Positions 15,745 to 25,899 of a DNA stretch of 64,000 nucleotides are shown here, piece by piece. The position numbers and the translations under genes are program-made. The stretch spans positions 160,001-224,000 of the forward strand of contig CAVRCI010000002.1 of assembly GCA_963719495.1 (NCBI GenBank), in the 5' to 3' direction. The notes below the pieces were generated by a model. That model saw only the letters and a list, made by a program, of their open reading frames with translations, was not told the DNA's origin and made no database searches. Source of the DNA: an uncultured Verrucomicrobiae bacterium (GTDB lineage: Bacteria; Verrucomicrobiota; Verrucomicrobiia; Chthoniobacterales; JAATET01). Numbering within the stretch: the stretch's first letter is position 1; each line of letters begins with the position of its first letter.

Positions 15745-17352
15745 ATGATGGGTCTGAAGCGCGAAGAGGCTGGCGAGGGTCTTCGCCCGTTGGTTCGGTT
15801 GACGGTATTGGGTGAACTGCTTTCCGGGGAGTGGGACGACTGGATGGGTTTTGCGGTTGCTGGGTATGTCGAGGGCGTTGATTCGGTTGAGCGGGGCGGT
15901 GATGAGTTTGGCGGGGAGCGGGTTGCTGTTGCGGAGGGGGAGCGGGATCCGGGCTGGCGGGTGGCTTTTACCCGAGCGGAGGCTGATTTATGGGTCGAGG
16001 CTTTGCAGCGGCGGATCTTTCGGGATTCGGAGCGGCTTTGGGCGGGGATTTGGTTGGGGCGGTTCGTTCGGTCGATTGGGGGTCGGCGATTGGATGAGGT
16101 TCTTGCGGCTGACGTGGAGCGGTTTTTGGATCGAGCGGTGGTGGTCGGCGGGGAGGACTGGCAGATTTTGCAGGGTGACCGGGCGGTCAAAATTGCTTTG
16201 CAGGATGTGCTGTCGTTGGATTGGGCTCGGAGGTGGCCGAAGTTTGAAGTGGTCGTGCAGGCTCGGGCGACGGTCGAAGCGAGGATGGCGGGTCGATTGC
16301 CGGAGGGGGCGGGGGTGGAGGCTGCCGTTAGTAAGCTCAGGGTGTCGGGGCCGAAAGGGATGGCTCGGTTTGAGGGGCGGACGGACGATGGGGTGTTGCC
16401 GAAGCGGTATGAGGGGTTTCTGGAGGAGGTTCGGGGGGCTTTGCGGAAGCTGCATTACGCGGACCGGACGGAGGAGACTTACGTGGATTGGGTTCGGCGG
16501 TTTCTGGTGTTCACTCGACCGATTGGGCGGGATGCTTTGGCTGCGTCGGACGTGGCTTTGTTTTTGGAGTATCTGGCGGTGGTGCGGAAGGTGGGTCCGG
16601 CTACTCAGAATCAGGCTCTCAACGGGCTGGTCTTTGTTTTCCGTGAGGTGCTGGAGCGGGATTTGGGGGAGATCGGGGGGGTGGAGCGGGCGAAGCAGAA
16701 GCGGCGATTGCCGGTGGTGTTGAGCCGGGATGAGGTGCGGGTTCTCATCGAGGCGGCTCCGGAACCTTATGCGCTGATGATTCGATTGCTGTATGGGACG
16801 GGGATGCGGTTGATGGAGTGTCTGCGGCTGCGGGTGAAGGACGTGGATTTCGACCATCAGCAGATCATGGTTCGGAGTGGCAAGGGGGATAAGGATCGGG
16901 TGACGACTTTGCCGGGTTCGATGAGTGCTGATTTAGTCGAGCAGGTGGCGAGGGTGCGGGTGCTGCACGAAAAGGATCTCGCGGACGGACATGGATCGGT
17001 CTTTATGCCTCAGGCTTTGAACAGAAAGTGGCCGAAGGCGGCTCGGGAGCTGGGTTGGCAATACGTGTTTCCGGCGGGGCGGTTGAGTGTGGATGGCGCG
17101 GAGGTTCGGCGGCACCACGTGAACGAGAATTCTTTGCAGAAGGTGGTGAAGGATTCGGCGGTGCGGGCGGGTTTGAACAAGCGGGTTAGCTGTCATGCTT
17201 TGCGGCATAGCTTTGCGACGCATTTGTTGGAGTCTGGGTATGACATTCGGACGGTGCAGGAGTTGCTTGGGCACTCGGATGTGAGCACGACGATGATTTA
17301 CACTCACGTGCTCAATCGACCGGGGTTGGCGGTGCGGAGTCCTTTGGATTGA
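15745..17352 (+). CDS. intI: Integron integrase with a long N-terminal extension (start uncertain)
   Basis: HY..RTE..Y..W..RF SAM domain, TQNQAL, GMR..E, KG.KDR, IntI-specific insertion LH..DL..G.G.V..P.AL.RK.P.A...[27 protein letters not shown]. Confidence 0.98.
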   Translation: MMGLKREEAGEGLRPLVRLTVLGELLSGEWDDWMGFAVAGYVEGVDSVERGGDEFGGERVAVAEGERDPGWRVAFTRAEADLWVEALQRRIFRDSERLWAGIWLGRFVRSIGGRRLDEVLAADVERFLDRAVVVGGEDWQILQGDRAVKIALQDVLSLDWARRWPKFEVVVQARATVEARMAGRLPEGAGVEAAVSKLRVSGPKGMARFEGRTDDGVLPKRYEGFLEEVRGALRKLHYADRTEETYVDWVRRFLVFTRPIGRDALAASDVALFLEYLAVVRKVGPATQNQALNGLVFVFREVLERDLGEIGGVERAKQKRRLPVVLSRDEVRVLIEAAPEPYALMIRLLYGTGMRLMECLRLRVKDVDFDHQQIMVRSGKGDKDRVTTLPGSMSADLVEQVARVRVLHEKDLADGHGSVFMPQALNRKWPKAARELGWQYVFPAGRLSVDGAEVRRHHVNENSLQKVVKDSAVRAGLNKRVSCHALRHSFATHLLESGYDIRTVQELLGHSDVSTTMIYTHVLNRPGLAVRSPLD

Positions 17353-17439
17353 GGCTTTTTTCTTCGGGGGGGACGCGAGCTGGGGTTGTTGTGCCTGCGG
17401 TAGGGAATGTTTTGGTTTCGCTGGGTTTCGGTCGCCTCG

Positions 17440-19133
17440 CTTGGACTCGGGGGCGGTGTGGCTGTCGAGCGATTTGGGACGGAGTGTAGGCCAGAGATGC
17501 TTCGCTTTGCTCAGCATGACAGGGTTTGGAAAGGGGGGGAGAGTGCGGCTTTGCCGTTTGGGTTGGTTCGGCGATTGCAAATCGCCGCTCCTTGAAGCTT
17601 GGCGTGCGAGTTGGGTGGAGTGGCTTTGGGTTGGATGGCTCTGGGCGCGAGGCTCTTGTGGCTGGGATATGAATTGTCGGCTTTGCCGCGCCGGGGATGG
17701 GCGGTTGGAGGTTGCGGTGCCTGGACTCGGGGGCGGTGGGTTTGTCGAGCGTTTTGGGTGAGAGTGTAGGCCAGAGATGCTTCGCTTTGCTCAGCATGAC
17801 AGGGTTTGGAGGGGGGGAGAGTGCGGCTTTGCCGTTTGGGTTGGTTCGGCGATTACAAATCGCCGCTCCTTGAAGCTTGGCGTGCGAGTTGGGTGGAGTG
17901 GCTTTGGGTTGGATGGCTCTGGGCGCGAGGCTCTTGTGGCTGGGGTTTGATCTGTCGGCTTTGCTGCTTGGTGGGACGGGCGGCTGGAGGTTGCGGTGCC
18001 TGGACTCGGGGGCGGTGGGTTTGTCGAGCGTTTTGGGTGAGAGTGTATGCTAGAGATGTTTCGCTTCGCTCAGCATGACAGGGTTTGGAGGGGGGAGAGT
18101 GCGGCTTTGCCGTTTGGGTTGGTTCGGCGATTACAAATCGCCGCTCCTTGAAGCTTGGCGTGCGAGTTGGGTGGAGTGGCTTTGGGTTGGATGGCTCTGG
18201 GCGCGAGGCTCTTGTGGCTGGGATATGAATTGTCGGCTTTGCCGCGCCGGGGATGGGCGGTTGGAGGTTGCGGTGCCTGGACTCGGGGGCGGTGGGTTTG
18301 TCGAGCGTTTTGGGTGAGAGTGTAGGCCAGAGATGCTTCGCTTCGCTCAGCATGACAGGGTTTGGAAGGGAGGAAGAGTGCGGCTTTGCCGTTTGGGTTG
18401 GTTCGGCGATTGGAAATTGCCGCTCCTTGAAGCTTGGCGTGCGAGTTGGGTGGAGTGGCTTTGGGTTGGACGGCTGTGGGCGCGAGGCTCTTGTGGCTGG
18501 GATATGAATTGTCGGCTTTGTCGCTTGGTGGGACGGGCGGCTGGAGGTTGCGGTGCCTGGACTCGGGGGCGGTGGGTTTGTCGAGCGTTTTGGGTGAGAG
18601 TGTAGGCTAGAGATGCTTCGCTTTGCTCAGCATGACAGGGTTTGGAAAGGGGGGGAGAGTGCGGCTTTGCCGTTTGGGTTGGTTCGGCGATTGCAAATCG
18701 CCGCTCCTTGAAGCTTGGCGTGCGAGTTGGGTGGAGTGGCTTTGGGTTGGATGGCTCTGGGCGCGAGGCTCTTGTGGCTGGGGTTTGATCTGTCGGCTTT
18801 GCCGCTTGGTGGGACGGGCGGCTGGAGGTTGCGGTGCCTGGACTCGGGGGCGGTGGGTTCGTCGAGCGTTTTGGGTGAGAGTGTAAGCCAGAGATGCTTC
18901 GCTTTGCTCAGCATGACAGGGTTTGGAGGGGGGGAAGAGTGCGGCTTTGCCGTTTGGGTTGGTTCGGCGATTGCAAATCGCCGGTCCTTGAAACTTGGTT
19001 TGTGGGGTGGAGGACGTGGGTGGGAGTGTAAGCCAGAGATGCTTCGCTTTGCTCAACATGACAGGGTTTGGAGGGGGGGAGAGTGCGGCTTTGCCGTTGG
19101 GTGGGGTCGGCGATTGCAAATCGCCGTTCCTTG
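17440..19133. repeat. Tandem array of ~280-bp composite units built from REP-like hairpins
   Basis: Anchor AGAGATGCTTCGCTTTGCTCAGCATGACAGGGTTTGGA (minor variants) at about 17493, 17773, 18052, 18329, 18609, 18890 and 19035, each followed by a CGGCGATTGCAAATCGCCG-type hairpin. Confidence 0.95.
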
Positions 19134-19324
19134 AGCGGATTTGTAGAGACGCTGCCGCACTTGGTCGCCGCGGGGGTTGCGGGATTGTTTCAGCGGATTT
19201 GCTGGGACTGATTTTATGGCGACTCGTTGCGGGGATGACGAGATCCAATGATGTAGGGGATTCCCCGATATCTGGATTTGCTCGCTGGCTTGGCAAGGCG
19301 CGGATGGCGGGCTAGCTCTTTTGA

Positions 19325-21190
19325 ATGGAGGTGTCGAACTGGCGGGTTATCAAGCGGTTGCTGGTGATGACTTGGGTTTATCGGCGGGATTGTGTGCTGG
19401 TGCTGGTGTGCCAGGTGCTGCTGTTGTCTTTTGGCTTGGCGGGTTTGGGGTTGGCGGGAGTGGCGATTGATTTTGTTCGCTGGAAGGTGGAGCCGGGGGC
19501 GGCGGTGCCGGCCTGGCCTTTTGGGGTGGCTCCCCCGGGGGATTGGTCGGCGATGGGGGTGCTTTTTGCGATTTCGGGGGCGATGGTGGTGCTGGCTGCT
19601 TTGCGGGCGGTGTTGAATTATTTGAATCAGACGCTGTTGAATGTGCTGACCCAGGGGCGGATCGTGGTGGAGGTGCGGGCTCGGGTTTACGAGAAGTTGC
19701 AGCGGTTGAGTTTCCGGTTTTTTGACGCGAACGCGACGAGTTCGTTGATCAACCGGGTGACGGGGGACGTGCAGGCGCTGCGGATGTTTGTGGATCAGGT
19801 GCTGATTCAGGCGGTGATCATGGTGATCTCGCTGACGGTTTACGTGGTGTATCTGGTGAACATCGACTGGCGGCTGGCGGTGGCTTGTCTGGCGGTGACT
19901 CCGTTGCTTTGGATGGTGTCGGCGCAGTTCTCGCGGGTGGTGCGGGTGGCTTACGGGCGGAGTCGGGAGTTGGCGGATGGGATGGTGGCGCAGTTGGTGG
20001 AGACGATTCGGGGGGTGCAGGTGGTGAAGGCTTTTGGGCGGGAGGGGGATCGGGTGGCGCGATTTGATGAGGCGAATGACGTGGTGCGGGATCAGCAGCG
20101 GTGGATCTTCTGGCGGGTGAGCACGTTCGGGCCGACGGTGGGGCTCCTCAGTCAGTTTCCGCTGGTGGTGCTGCTGGGGTATGGTGGGTATCTGGCGGTG
20201 CGGGGGGAGATTGCGATTGGGACGGGGTTGGTGGTGTTTGCGGCGATTTTGCAGCAGTTTTCGGGTCAGGTGAGCAGCATTGCGCAGGTGGCGAATACGA
20301 TGCACCAGAGTCTGCGGGGGGCGCGGCGGGTCTTCGAGGTGCTGGATACGCCGGTGGAGGTGGAGTCGCCGGTGGAGGCGGTGCGGACGGGGCGGCTGGT
20401 GGGGCGGGTGCGGTTCGACGGGGTGTGGTTCGATCACCGGAGTGGGCCGGTGCTGCAGGGGGTGGATTTCGAGGTGGAGGCGGGACGGTGCGTGGCGGTG
20501 ATCGGGCCGACGGGTTCGGGGAAGAGTGCGCTGATGAGCTTGTTGCCGCGGTTTTACGATCCGACGGCTGGGGTGATTTCGATCGACGGGATCGATTTGC
20601 GGCGGATGGATTTGGATGATCTGCGGCGGTCAATCGGGGTGGTGTTTCAGGAGAGCTTTCTTTTCAGCACGACGGTGGCGGCGAACATTGCGTTTGGGCA
20701 TCCGGACGCGACGGATGAGCAGATCGAGCGGGCGGCGCGGATTGCGTCGGCGCATGAGTTCATCGTGGGGTTGCCGGATGGGTACGAGACGGTGCTGGGG
20801 GAGGCGGGGGTGGGGTTGTCGGGGGGGCAGCGGCAGCGGTTGGCGATTGCTCGGGCGGTGTTGTTGGATCCGCCGATTTTGGTGCTGGATGATCCGACGG
20901 CGGCGGTGGATCCGGGGACGGAGCGGGAGATTGCGGGGGCAATCGAGGGGGCGATGGCGGGGCGGACGACGTTTATCGTGGCGCATCGGCCGACGATGCT
21001 GAGGAGGGCGGATTTCGCGGTGGTGCTGGATCATGGCCGGGTGGTGCAGATCGGGACGCACGCGGAGCTGGTGGGGTCGGGGCGGGGGTATTATTTTGAC
21101 GCGATGGAGGCTGTTGGTGGGGGTGGGGGTGAGGTTTTTGAACAGAAGGGCGCGAAGGTCGCTAAGGTGATGAAAGGGGGGGGCGTGTGA
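19325..21190 (+). CDS. ABC exporter subunit (TMD+NBD), heterodimer partner 1
   Basis: GPTGSGKS, LSGGQRQR, degenerate Walker B LVLDD. Confidence 0.95.
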   Translation: MEVSNWRVIKRLLVMTWVYRRDCVLVLVCQVLLLSFGLAGLGLAGVAIDFVRWKVEPGAAVPAWPFGVAPPGDWSAMGVLFAISGAMVVLAALRAVLNYLNQTLLNVLTQGRIVVEVRARVYEKLQRLSFRFFDANATSSLINRVTGDVQALRMFVDQVLIQAVIMVISLTVYVVYLVNIDWRLAVACLAVTPLLWMVSAQFSRVVRVAYGRSRELADGMVAQLVETIRGVQVVKAFGREGDRVARFDEANDVVRDQQRWIFWRVSTFGPTVGLLSQFPLVVLLGYGGYLAVRGEIAIGTGLVVFAAILQQFSGQVSSIAQVANTMHQSLRGARRVFEVLDTPVEVESPVEAVRTGRLVGRVRFDGVWFDHRSGPVLQGVDFEVEAGRCVAVIGPTGSGKSALMSLLPRFYDPTAGVISIDGIDLRRMDLDDLRRSIGVVFQESFLFSTTVAANIAFGHPDATDEQIERAARIASAHEFIVGLPDGYETVLGEAGVGLSGGQRQRLAIARAVLLDPPILVLDDPTAAVDPGTEREIAGAIEGAMAGRTTFIVAHRPTMLRRADFAVVLDHGRVVQIGTHAELVGSGRGYYFDAMEAVGGGGGEVFEQKGAKVAKVMKGGGV

Positions 21191-21679
21191 GTGGGGGCTT
21201 GGGGTTCGGGGGTTTGCGGGTTGGGTTGCTGGCTATGGGCGGGGAGGAGTGTATGCCAGAGTTGCTTCGCTTTGCTCAGCATGACAGGATTTGGGATTGG
21301 GGGTGTCGTTTGCGGAGGCGTGCTGGTGATTCGTTGGGGTGGTGGGGGTGGGGGATTACCCGTGATTGGTGAATGGTGAATGGTGAATGGTGGGTGATGG
21401 GTCCGGCTGGTGTTGGATTGGGTTGGTTCGGCGATTGGGGGTCGCCGCTCGTTGTGTTGGCGTCGAAGATGGGGGTCTTTGGCATGACGGCGTTCCAAGT
21501 GAATTGGCAGCAAACTTGGAGGCGACGGCTCGGCGGAGCCTCGCCCTCCAGATGCCAGATGGGGGCGGCTGGTGCCGCTTGTTTGTCGAGACTTCTTGGG
21601 ACGGTGAAGCCGGTTTCCAGTTACCGGGTGGTAGGGAGAGTGAGTCGGAGGTGTTTCGCTTTGCTCGGCATGACAGGGT

Positions 21680-23653
21680 TTGGGATGGGGAGATCTTGCT
21701 TTGAAGGTTGATCGGGAGCGGCGGCGGGCTTTGACGGCTTCGAGCCTTCGGGTGGAGGCGGGGGAGCGGGTGGTTCGGGCTTCGTTGGATACGGTGGGGT
21801 TGCTGAAGCGGCTCTTTTCCCACATGCGGCCTTACGCACGGGTGCGGAATTGGCTGGTGTCGGTGGTGGTGTTGCGGGCTTTGCTGCTGCCGATGGGGGC
21901 TTGGGCGATTGGGGCGACGATCAATGGGCCAATTTCGCGGGGGGATGTGGGGGGGATCGTTTGGGCGACTTTGGGGTTTGCGGGGCTGGTGCTGGTGACT
22001 CAGCTCGGGATGCATTTTCGGATGCGGTTGGCTTTGGATTTGGGGGAGTGGGTGATTCACGATCTGAGGCGGGATGCGTTTCGGCATTTGCTGACGCTGA
22101 AGATGGGGTTTTTCGATCGGAACAAGCTGGGGAGTCTCATTGGGAAGTTGACGACGGATTTGGACGCGGCGCGGATGGGGGTGCAGGACATCGTCTTCGT
22201 GAGCATGGTGCAGGGGGGGCAGATGCTGGTGACGGCGGTTCTGATGGCGTGGTATGATTGGGTGCTCTTTCTGATCGTGCTGGCGATCGCTCCGGTGATC
22301 TGGCGGTTGAACGTGTATTTTACGCGGAAGATCACGGAGCAGCAGCGGCTGGGGCAGGAGAGTTTCAGCCGGGTGACGGCGGTGCTGGCGGAGTCGGTGA
22401 ACGGGATCCGGGTGACGCAGGGGTTCGTACGGCAGGAGGTGAACGCGGGATTTTTTCGCAATCTGGTGGCGGATCATTCGAAATACAGCGTGGGGGCGGG
22501 GCACACGTCGGCGGTGTTTTTGCCGCTACTGGAGTTGAACAGTCAGTTTTTCGTCGCGCTGCTGGTGGTGGTCGGGGGGTATCGGGCGATCGATCCGGAG
22601 ATTGCGCGGCCGGTGGGGGATCTGGTGGTGTTTTTCTTCCTGGCGAATTTGTTTTTCGATCCGATTCGGGTGCTGGGGATGCAGTACAACAACGCGCTGA
22701 CGGCGATGGTGGGGGCGGAGCGGGTGTTTGCGCTGCTTGATACGAAGCCGGAGTGGGAGGATGCGTTGGGGGCGGTGGAGCTGACGGATGTGCGGGGGCG
22801 GGTGGAGTTTGCGGACGTTTCGTTTCGGTATGGTGAGGTCTCACGCAGAGGCGCAGAGGCGCGGAGTGAGGGGAAGGGGGCGGGAGGGCGCGAGGGCGAG
22901 AGGGGGGGAGATACGGGTGAAGGCTCACGCGAAGGCGCGAAGCCGCAAAGGGACGCGGGGGCGGATCGGCTGGTGCTGCGGGGGATTGATTTTGTGGCGG
23001 AGGTGGGGCAGACGGTGGCGCTGGTGGGGCAGACGGGGAGTGGGAAAAGCTCGATCATCAATCTGGTGGCGAGGCTGTATTTGGCGACGAGTGGGGTGGT
23101 GCGGGTCGACGGTTTGGACGTGAAGGGGGTGCGGTCGGAGTCGTTGCACCGGCATCTGGGGATGGTGCATCAGCAGAGTTTTCTCTTCGATGGGTCGGTG
23201 ATGGAGAATATCCGTTTCGCTCGGCCGGAGGCTTCGGCGAAGGAGGTGATCGAGTGCGTGCGGCGGCTGGATTGCCTGGATCTCATTGAGTCGCTGCCGG
23301 AGGGGTTTCGGACGGAGGTGGGGGAGGCGGGGAAGAATCTGTCGGCGGGCCAGCGGCAGATTGTGTCGTTCGCTCGGGCGATGATGGCGGATCCGCGGAT
23401 CTTGATCTTGGACGAGGCGACGAGCGCGATCGACGCGCTGACGGAGGCGCGGCTGCAGGTGGCGTTGGGGCGGTTGCTGGAGGGGCGGACGAGTTTCGTG
23501 GTGGCTCATCGGTTGAGCACGATCCGGGGGGCGGATCTGATTTTGGTTTTGAGCGAGGGGGAGATTGTGGAGCGGGGGACGCACGGGGAGCTGGTGGCGG
23601 CAGGTGGGGTTTATGCGGGGTTGGATCGGCACTTTTCGGGGGAGGGTTCTTGA
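21680..23653 (+). CDS. ABC exporter subunit (TMD+NBD), heterodimer partner 2 (start uncertain)
   Basis: GQTGSGKS, LSAGQRQ, LILDEATS, AHRLSTI. Confidence 0.95.
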   Translation: MGWGDLALKVDRERRRALTASSLRVEAGERVVRASLDTVGLLKRLFSHMRPYARVRNWLVSVVVLRALLLPMGAWAIGATINGPISRGDVGGIVWATLGFAGLVLVTQLGMHFRMRLALDLGEWVIHDLRRDAFRHLLTLKMGFFDRNKLGSLIGKLTTDLDAARMGVQDIVFVSMVQGGQMLVTAVLMAWYDWVLFLIVLAIAPVIWRLNVYFTRKITEQQRLGQESFSRVTAVLAESVNGIRVTQGFVRQEVNAGFFRNLVADHSKYSVGAGHTSAVFLPLLELNSQFFVALLVVVGGYRAIDPEIARPVGDLVVFFFLANLFFDPIRVLGMQYNNALTAMVGAERVFALLDTKPEWEDALGAVELTDVRGRVEFADVSFRYGEVSRRGAEARSEGKGAGGREGERGGDTGEGSREGAKPQRDAGADRLVLRGIDFVAEVGQTVALVGQTGSGKSSIINLVARLYLATSGVVRVDGLDVKGVRSESLHRHLGMVHQQSFLFDGSVMENIRFARPEASAKEVIECVRRLDCLDLIESLPEGFRTEVGEAGKNLSAGQRQIVSFARAMMADPRILILDEATSAIDALTEARLQVALGRLLEGRTSFVVAHRLSTIRGADLILVLSEGEIVERGTHGELVAAGGVYAGLDRHFSGEGS

Positions 23654-24138
23654 GCTGGTGATTGGTGATTGGTGAGTAGTGATTGGTGGGGTGATTGCTG
23701 GTTGGCGGTGGCTTTTTGGGTGGGGCGGAGCTTGTTGGTGGGTGGGCGGTATTTGAGTGTAAGCCAGAGATGCTTCGCTGTGCTCAGCATGACAGGCGGG
23801 TGTGGGGGCTGGGTGTGGTGGGGGCGGGAGCGAGCGAGTCAACGGAACGAAGAGAACGATGGGGAAGACGGATACCAATGCGGCTTTGAATAGAAGGCCG
23901 CAAAGGTCGCAGAGATTTGGAAGAATGGGCTTCGCTGCCGTTGATCGAGTCATCCCCGGCTTCTTGACGCGCTTGCGTTTTCGTCGTCCTGAGTATGACA
24001 GCGGGGCTGGGGGCGGGGTGGGTCGGCGATTGCAAATCGCGGGTTCTCGAGGGGGGGCGGCTTGCTTGGATTGGCGGGTTCTCGTTTTTTGGGACCGGAT
24101 TCTTTCGGTAGCCGAATCTATGGGTCATAGATGATGTT

Positions 24139-25317
24139 GTGAAAAATGACGGATGGATGGAACCGGCGACGGAGGAAACGGTGAGGGGGGTCCTGGAGGG
24201 ATTGTTGGCCGAGTCGTGGTGGGAAGGGAACTCGGTGGAGACGCTGGTTAATGGGGATGAAATTTTCCCCGCTTTGTTGAAGGCGATCCGGGGTGCCGAG
24301 CGGACGATCAATCTGGAAACCTACATCTATTGGTCGGGGAAAATCGCCCACGAGGTGGCGGACGCTCTGAGTGAACGGGCGCGGGCGGGGGTGGCTGTGA
24401 ACGTGGTGCTGGATTGGTTTGGCTGCGCGAAGATGGACGATTCGCTGGTCGCGACGATGCGGGAGGCTGGGGTGAGGGTGACGATCTACAATCGGCCGCG
24501 GTGGTGGCGGTTCTGGGAGGGGAATCACCGAACGCATCGGAAGATTCTGGTGGCGGATGGGCGGATTGGGTTCACGGGCGGGGTGGGGATTGCGGACTGT
24601 TGGCTGGGAGATGCGCGGGACGAGACGGAGTGGCGGGACGATCATTTTCGGATCGAGGGTCCGGCGGTCGGGGCGCTGCAACGGGTTTTCGAGCAAAATT
24701 GGCGGCGGGAGAACGATGATGCGCTTGCGGGAGAGGGATATTATCCTGGATTGACCGAAGCGGGGGAGGTCGCGGTGCAGGTTTATTCGAGTTCGCCGGG
24801 GGAGGGCGTGACGGAGGCTTACGCGGCGAACCGGTTGGCGCTACGGTCGGCGACGCGTCATTTGCGGTTGAATCCGGCGTATTTCGTGCCGGATCCGACG
24901 ATGGAGGCGGACCTGATCGGCGCGGTGGAGCGCGGGGTGGAGGTCGAGGTGATCGTGCCGGGGAAGCACATCGACGAGACGGCGGTGAGGCTGGCTTCGC
25001 GGGCGCGCTGGGGGCGGCTGCTCGAGGGCGGGGTGGCGATTTATGAGTTCAAGCCGACGATGATCCACCGGAAGGGGGTGATCGTGGACGATTATTGGCT
25101 GATGACGGGGTCGGCGAACTTCGACAATCGGTCGTTTCGAATCAACGACGAGGCGAATTTCAACACGGTGGATCGCGAGGTGGTGGCGAAGGCCGTGCGG
25201 TTGTTCGAGGCGGACCGGAATCGGTGCGAGCGGATCACGCTCGAGGGTTGGCGGGGGCGGCCTTGGTCCGAGAAGGTGAGCGACTGGTCGGCGAATTTGT
25301 TTCGCGGGCAGTTGTGA
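24139..25317 (+). CDS. cls: Cardiolipin synthase (phospholipase D family, ClsB-like)
   Basis: Two HKD motifs: HRKILVADG...GG and HRKGVIVDD...GSANFD.RS. Confidence 0.9.
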   Translation: MKNDGWMEPATEETVRGVLEGLLAESWWEGNSVETLVNGDEIFPALLKAIRGAERTINLETYIYWSGKIAHEVADALSERARAGVAVNVVLDWFGCAKMDDSLVATMREAGVRVTIYNRPRWWRFWEGNHRTHRKILVADGRIGFTGGVGIADCWLGDARDETEWRDDHFRIEGPAVGALQRVFEQNWRRENDDALAGEGYYPGLTEAGEVAVQVYSSSPGEGVTEAYAANRLALRSATRHLRLNPAYFVPDPTMEADLIGAVERGVEVEVIVPGKHIDETAVRLASRARWGRLLEGGVAIYEFKPTMIHRKGVIVDDYWLMTGSANFDNRSFRINDEANFNTVDREVVAKAVRLFEADRNRCERITLEGWRGRPWSEKVSDWSANLFRGQL

Positions 25318-25470
25318 CTGGTGGCTGGTGGTTGTGCGGGTGGCGGGTGGCGGGTGGCGGGTGGTTTTAATTGGGCCGGCGGCCGGAGCGAAGCGGAGAC
25401 AGGCGAAGCCAATCGCAAATCGTCGCTCCTCGAGCGGATTCGGCTCTCTCGCTTCGCTCGACTTGCCTCT

Positions 25471-25519
25471 TGATGCGGCGGGACGCCGCATCTCGCACGC
25501 GGGGACGCGTGCGCTCCCC
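25471..25519. repeat. 49-bp REP-like palindromic repeat (identical copies at 27904-27952 and 31611-31659)
   Basis: TGATGCGGCGGGACGCCGCATCTCGCACGCGGGGACGCGTGCGCTCCCC, two hairpins. Confidence 0.9.
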
Positions 25520-25530
25520 GGCTGATTTGC

Positions 25531-25884
25531 TTATTCGATGTAGGTGTCTTCGTGGTCGTAGGGAGGGGCGCAGGCGCAGAGGAAGGTCAGATCCTGGGTG
25601 GCGGTGATCTGGTGGTAGGTGCCGGGGGGGATGAGGATGGCGTCGCCGGGGTGGACCTGGCGCTCTTCGCCGTCGATTTCCATGGTGCCGGTGCCGGCGA
25701 GGAGGAAGTAAATTTCTTCGGAGAGCTTGTGGTAGTGACGGTCGGTGGCCTGGCCGGTGGGGAGGGTGGCTTCGGCGAGGCTTTGGTTTTGGACCGGGGC
25801 GTTGGTGCGGTCGAGGATGCTGCGGATGGTGGAGCCGTCCTTGGTGGTGAAGGGTTTTTGGCTGGATAGGGTGGAAACGTTCAT
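25531..25884 (-). CDS. Cupin domain protein (117 aa)
   Basis: HYH..SEEIY..L.G.G....G....V.PGD.I.IPPG..H. Confidence 0.92.
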   Translation of the reverse strand: MNVSTLSSQKPFTTKDGSTIRSILDRTNAPVQNQSLAEATLPTGQATDRHYHKLSEEIYFLLAGTGTMEIDGEERQVHPGDAILIPPGTYHQITATQDLTFLCACAPPYDHEDTYIE

Positions 25885-25899
25885 GGAGTGTCCGAGCGT

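Larger units (their letters stand above)
1..17352. mobile_element. Sedentary chromosomal integron: intI, attI and at least 29 cassettes; the array continues off the left edge
   Basis: IntI-type tyrosine recombinase divergent from an array of 28 homogeneous attC sites separating single-gene or gene-less units; cassette DNA is visibly more AT-rich than the flanking chromosome. Confidence 0.98.

Noticed and set aside
15491..15745. LexA box and Pc/Pint promoters upstream of intI
   Set aside because: No CTGT-N8-ACAG or TGTTC-N4-GAACA match found by eye; candidate -35 hexamers lack well-spaced -10 elements
17440..19133. CRISPR or second attC array downstream of intI
   Set aside because: The linkers are conserved rather than unique spacers, and the units lack the AAC...GTT R/L box structure
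1..19133. Reverse transcriptase, group IIC-attC intron or IS within the array
   Set aside because: No RT or transposase ORF is present and all attC sites are uninterrupted
17312..19315. ORFs within the tandem repeat (MLSKAKHL..., RVRLCRLGWFGD...)
   Set aside because: Unit lengths of 277-281 bp do not keep frame; these are repeat artefacts
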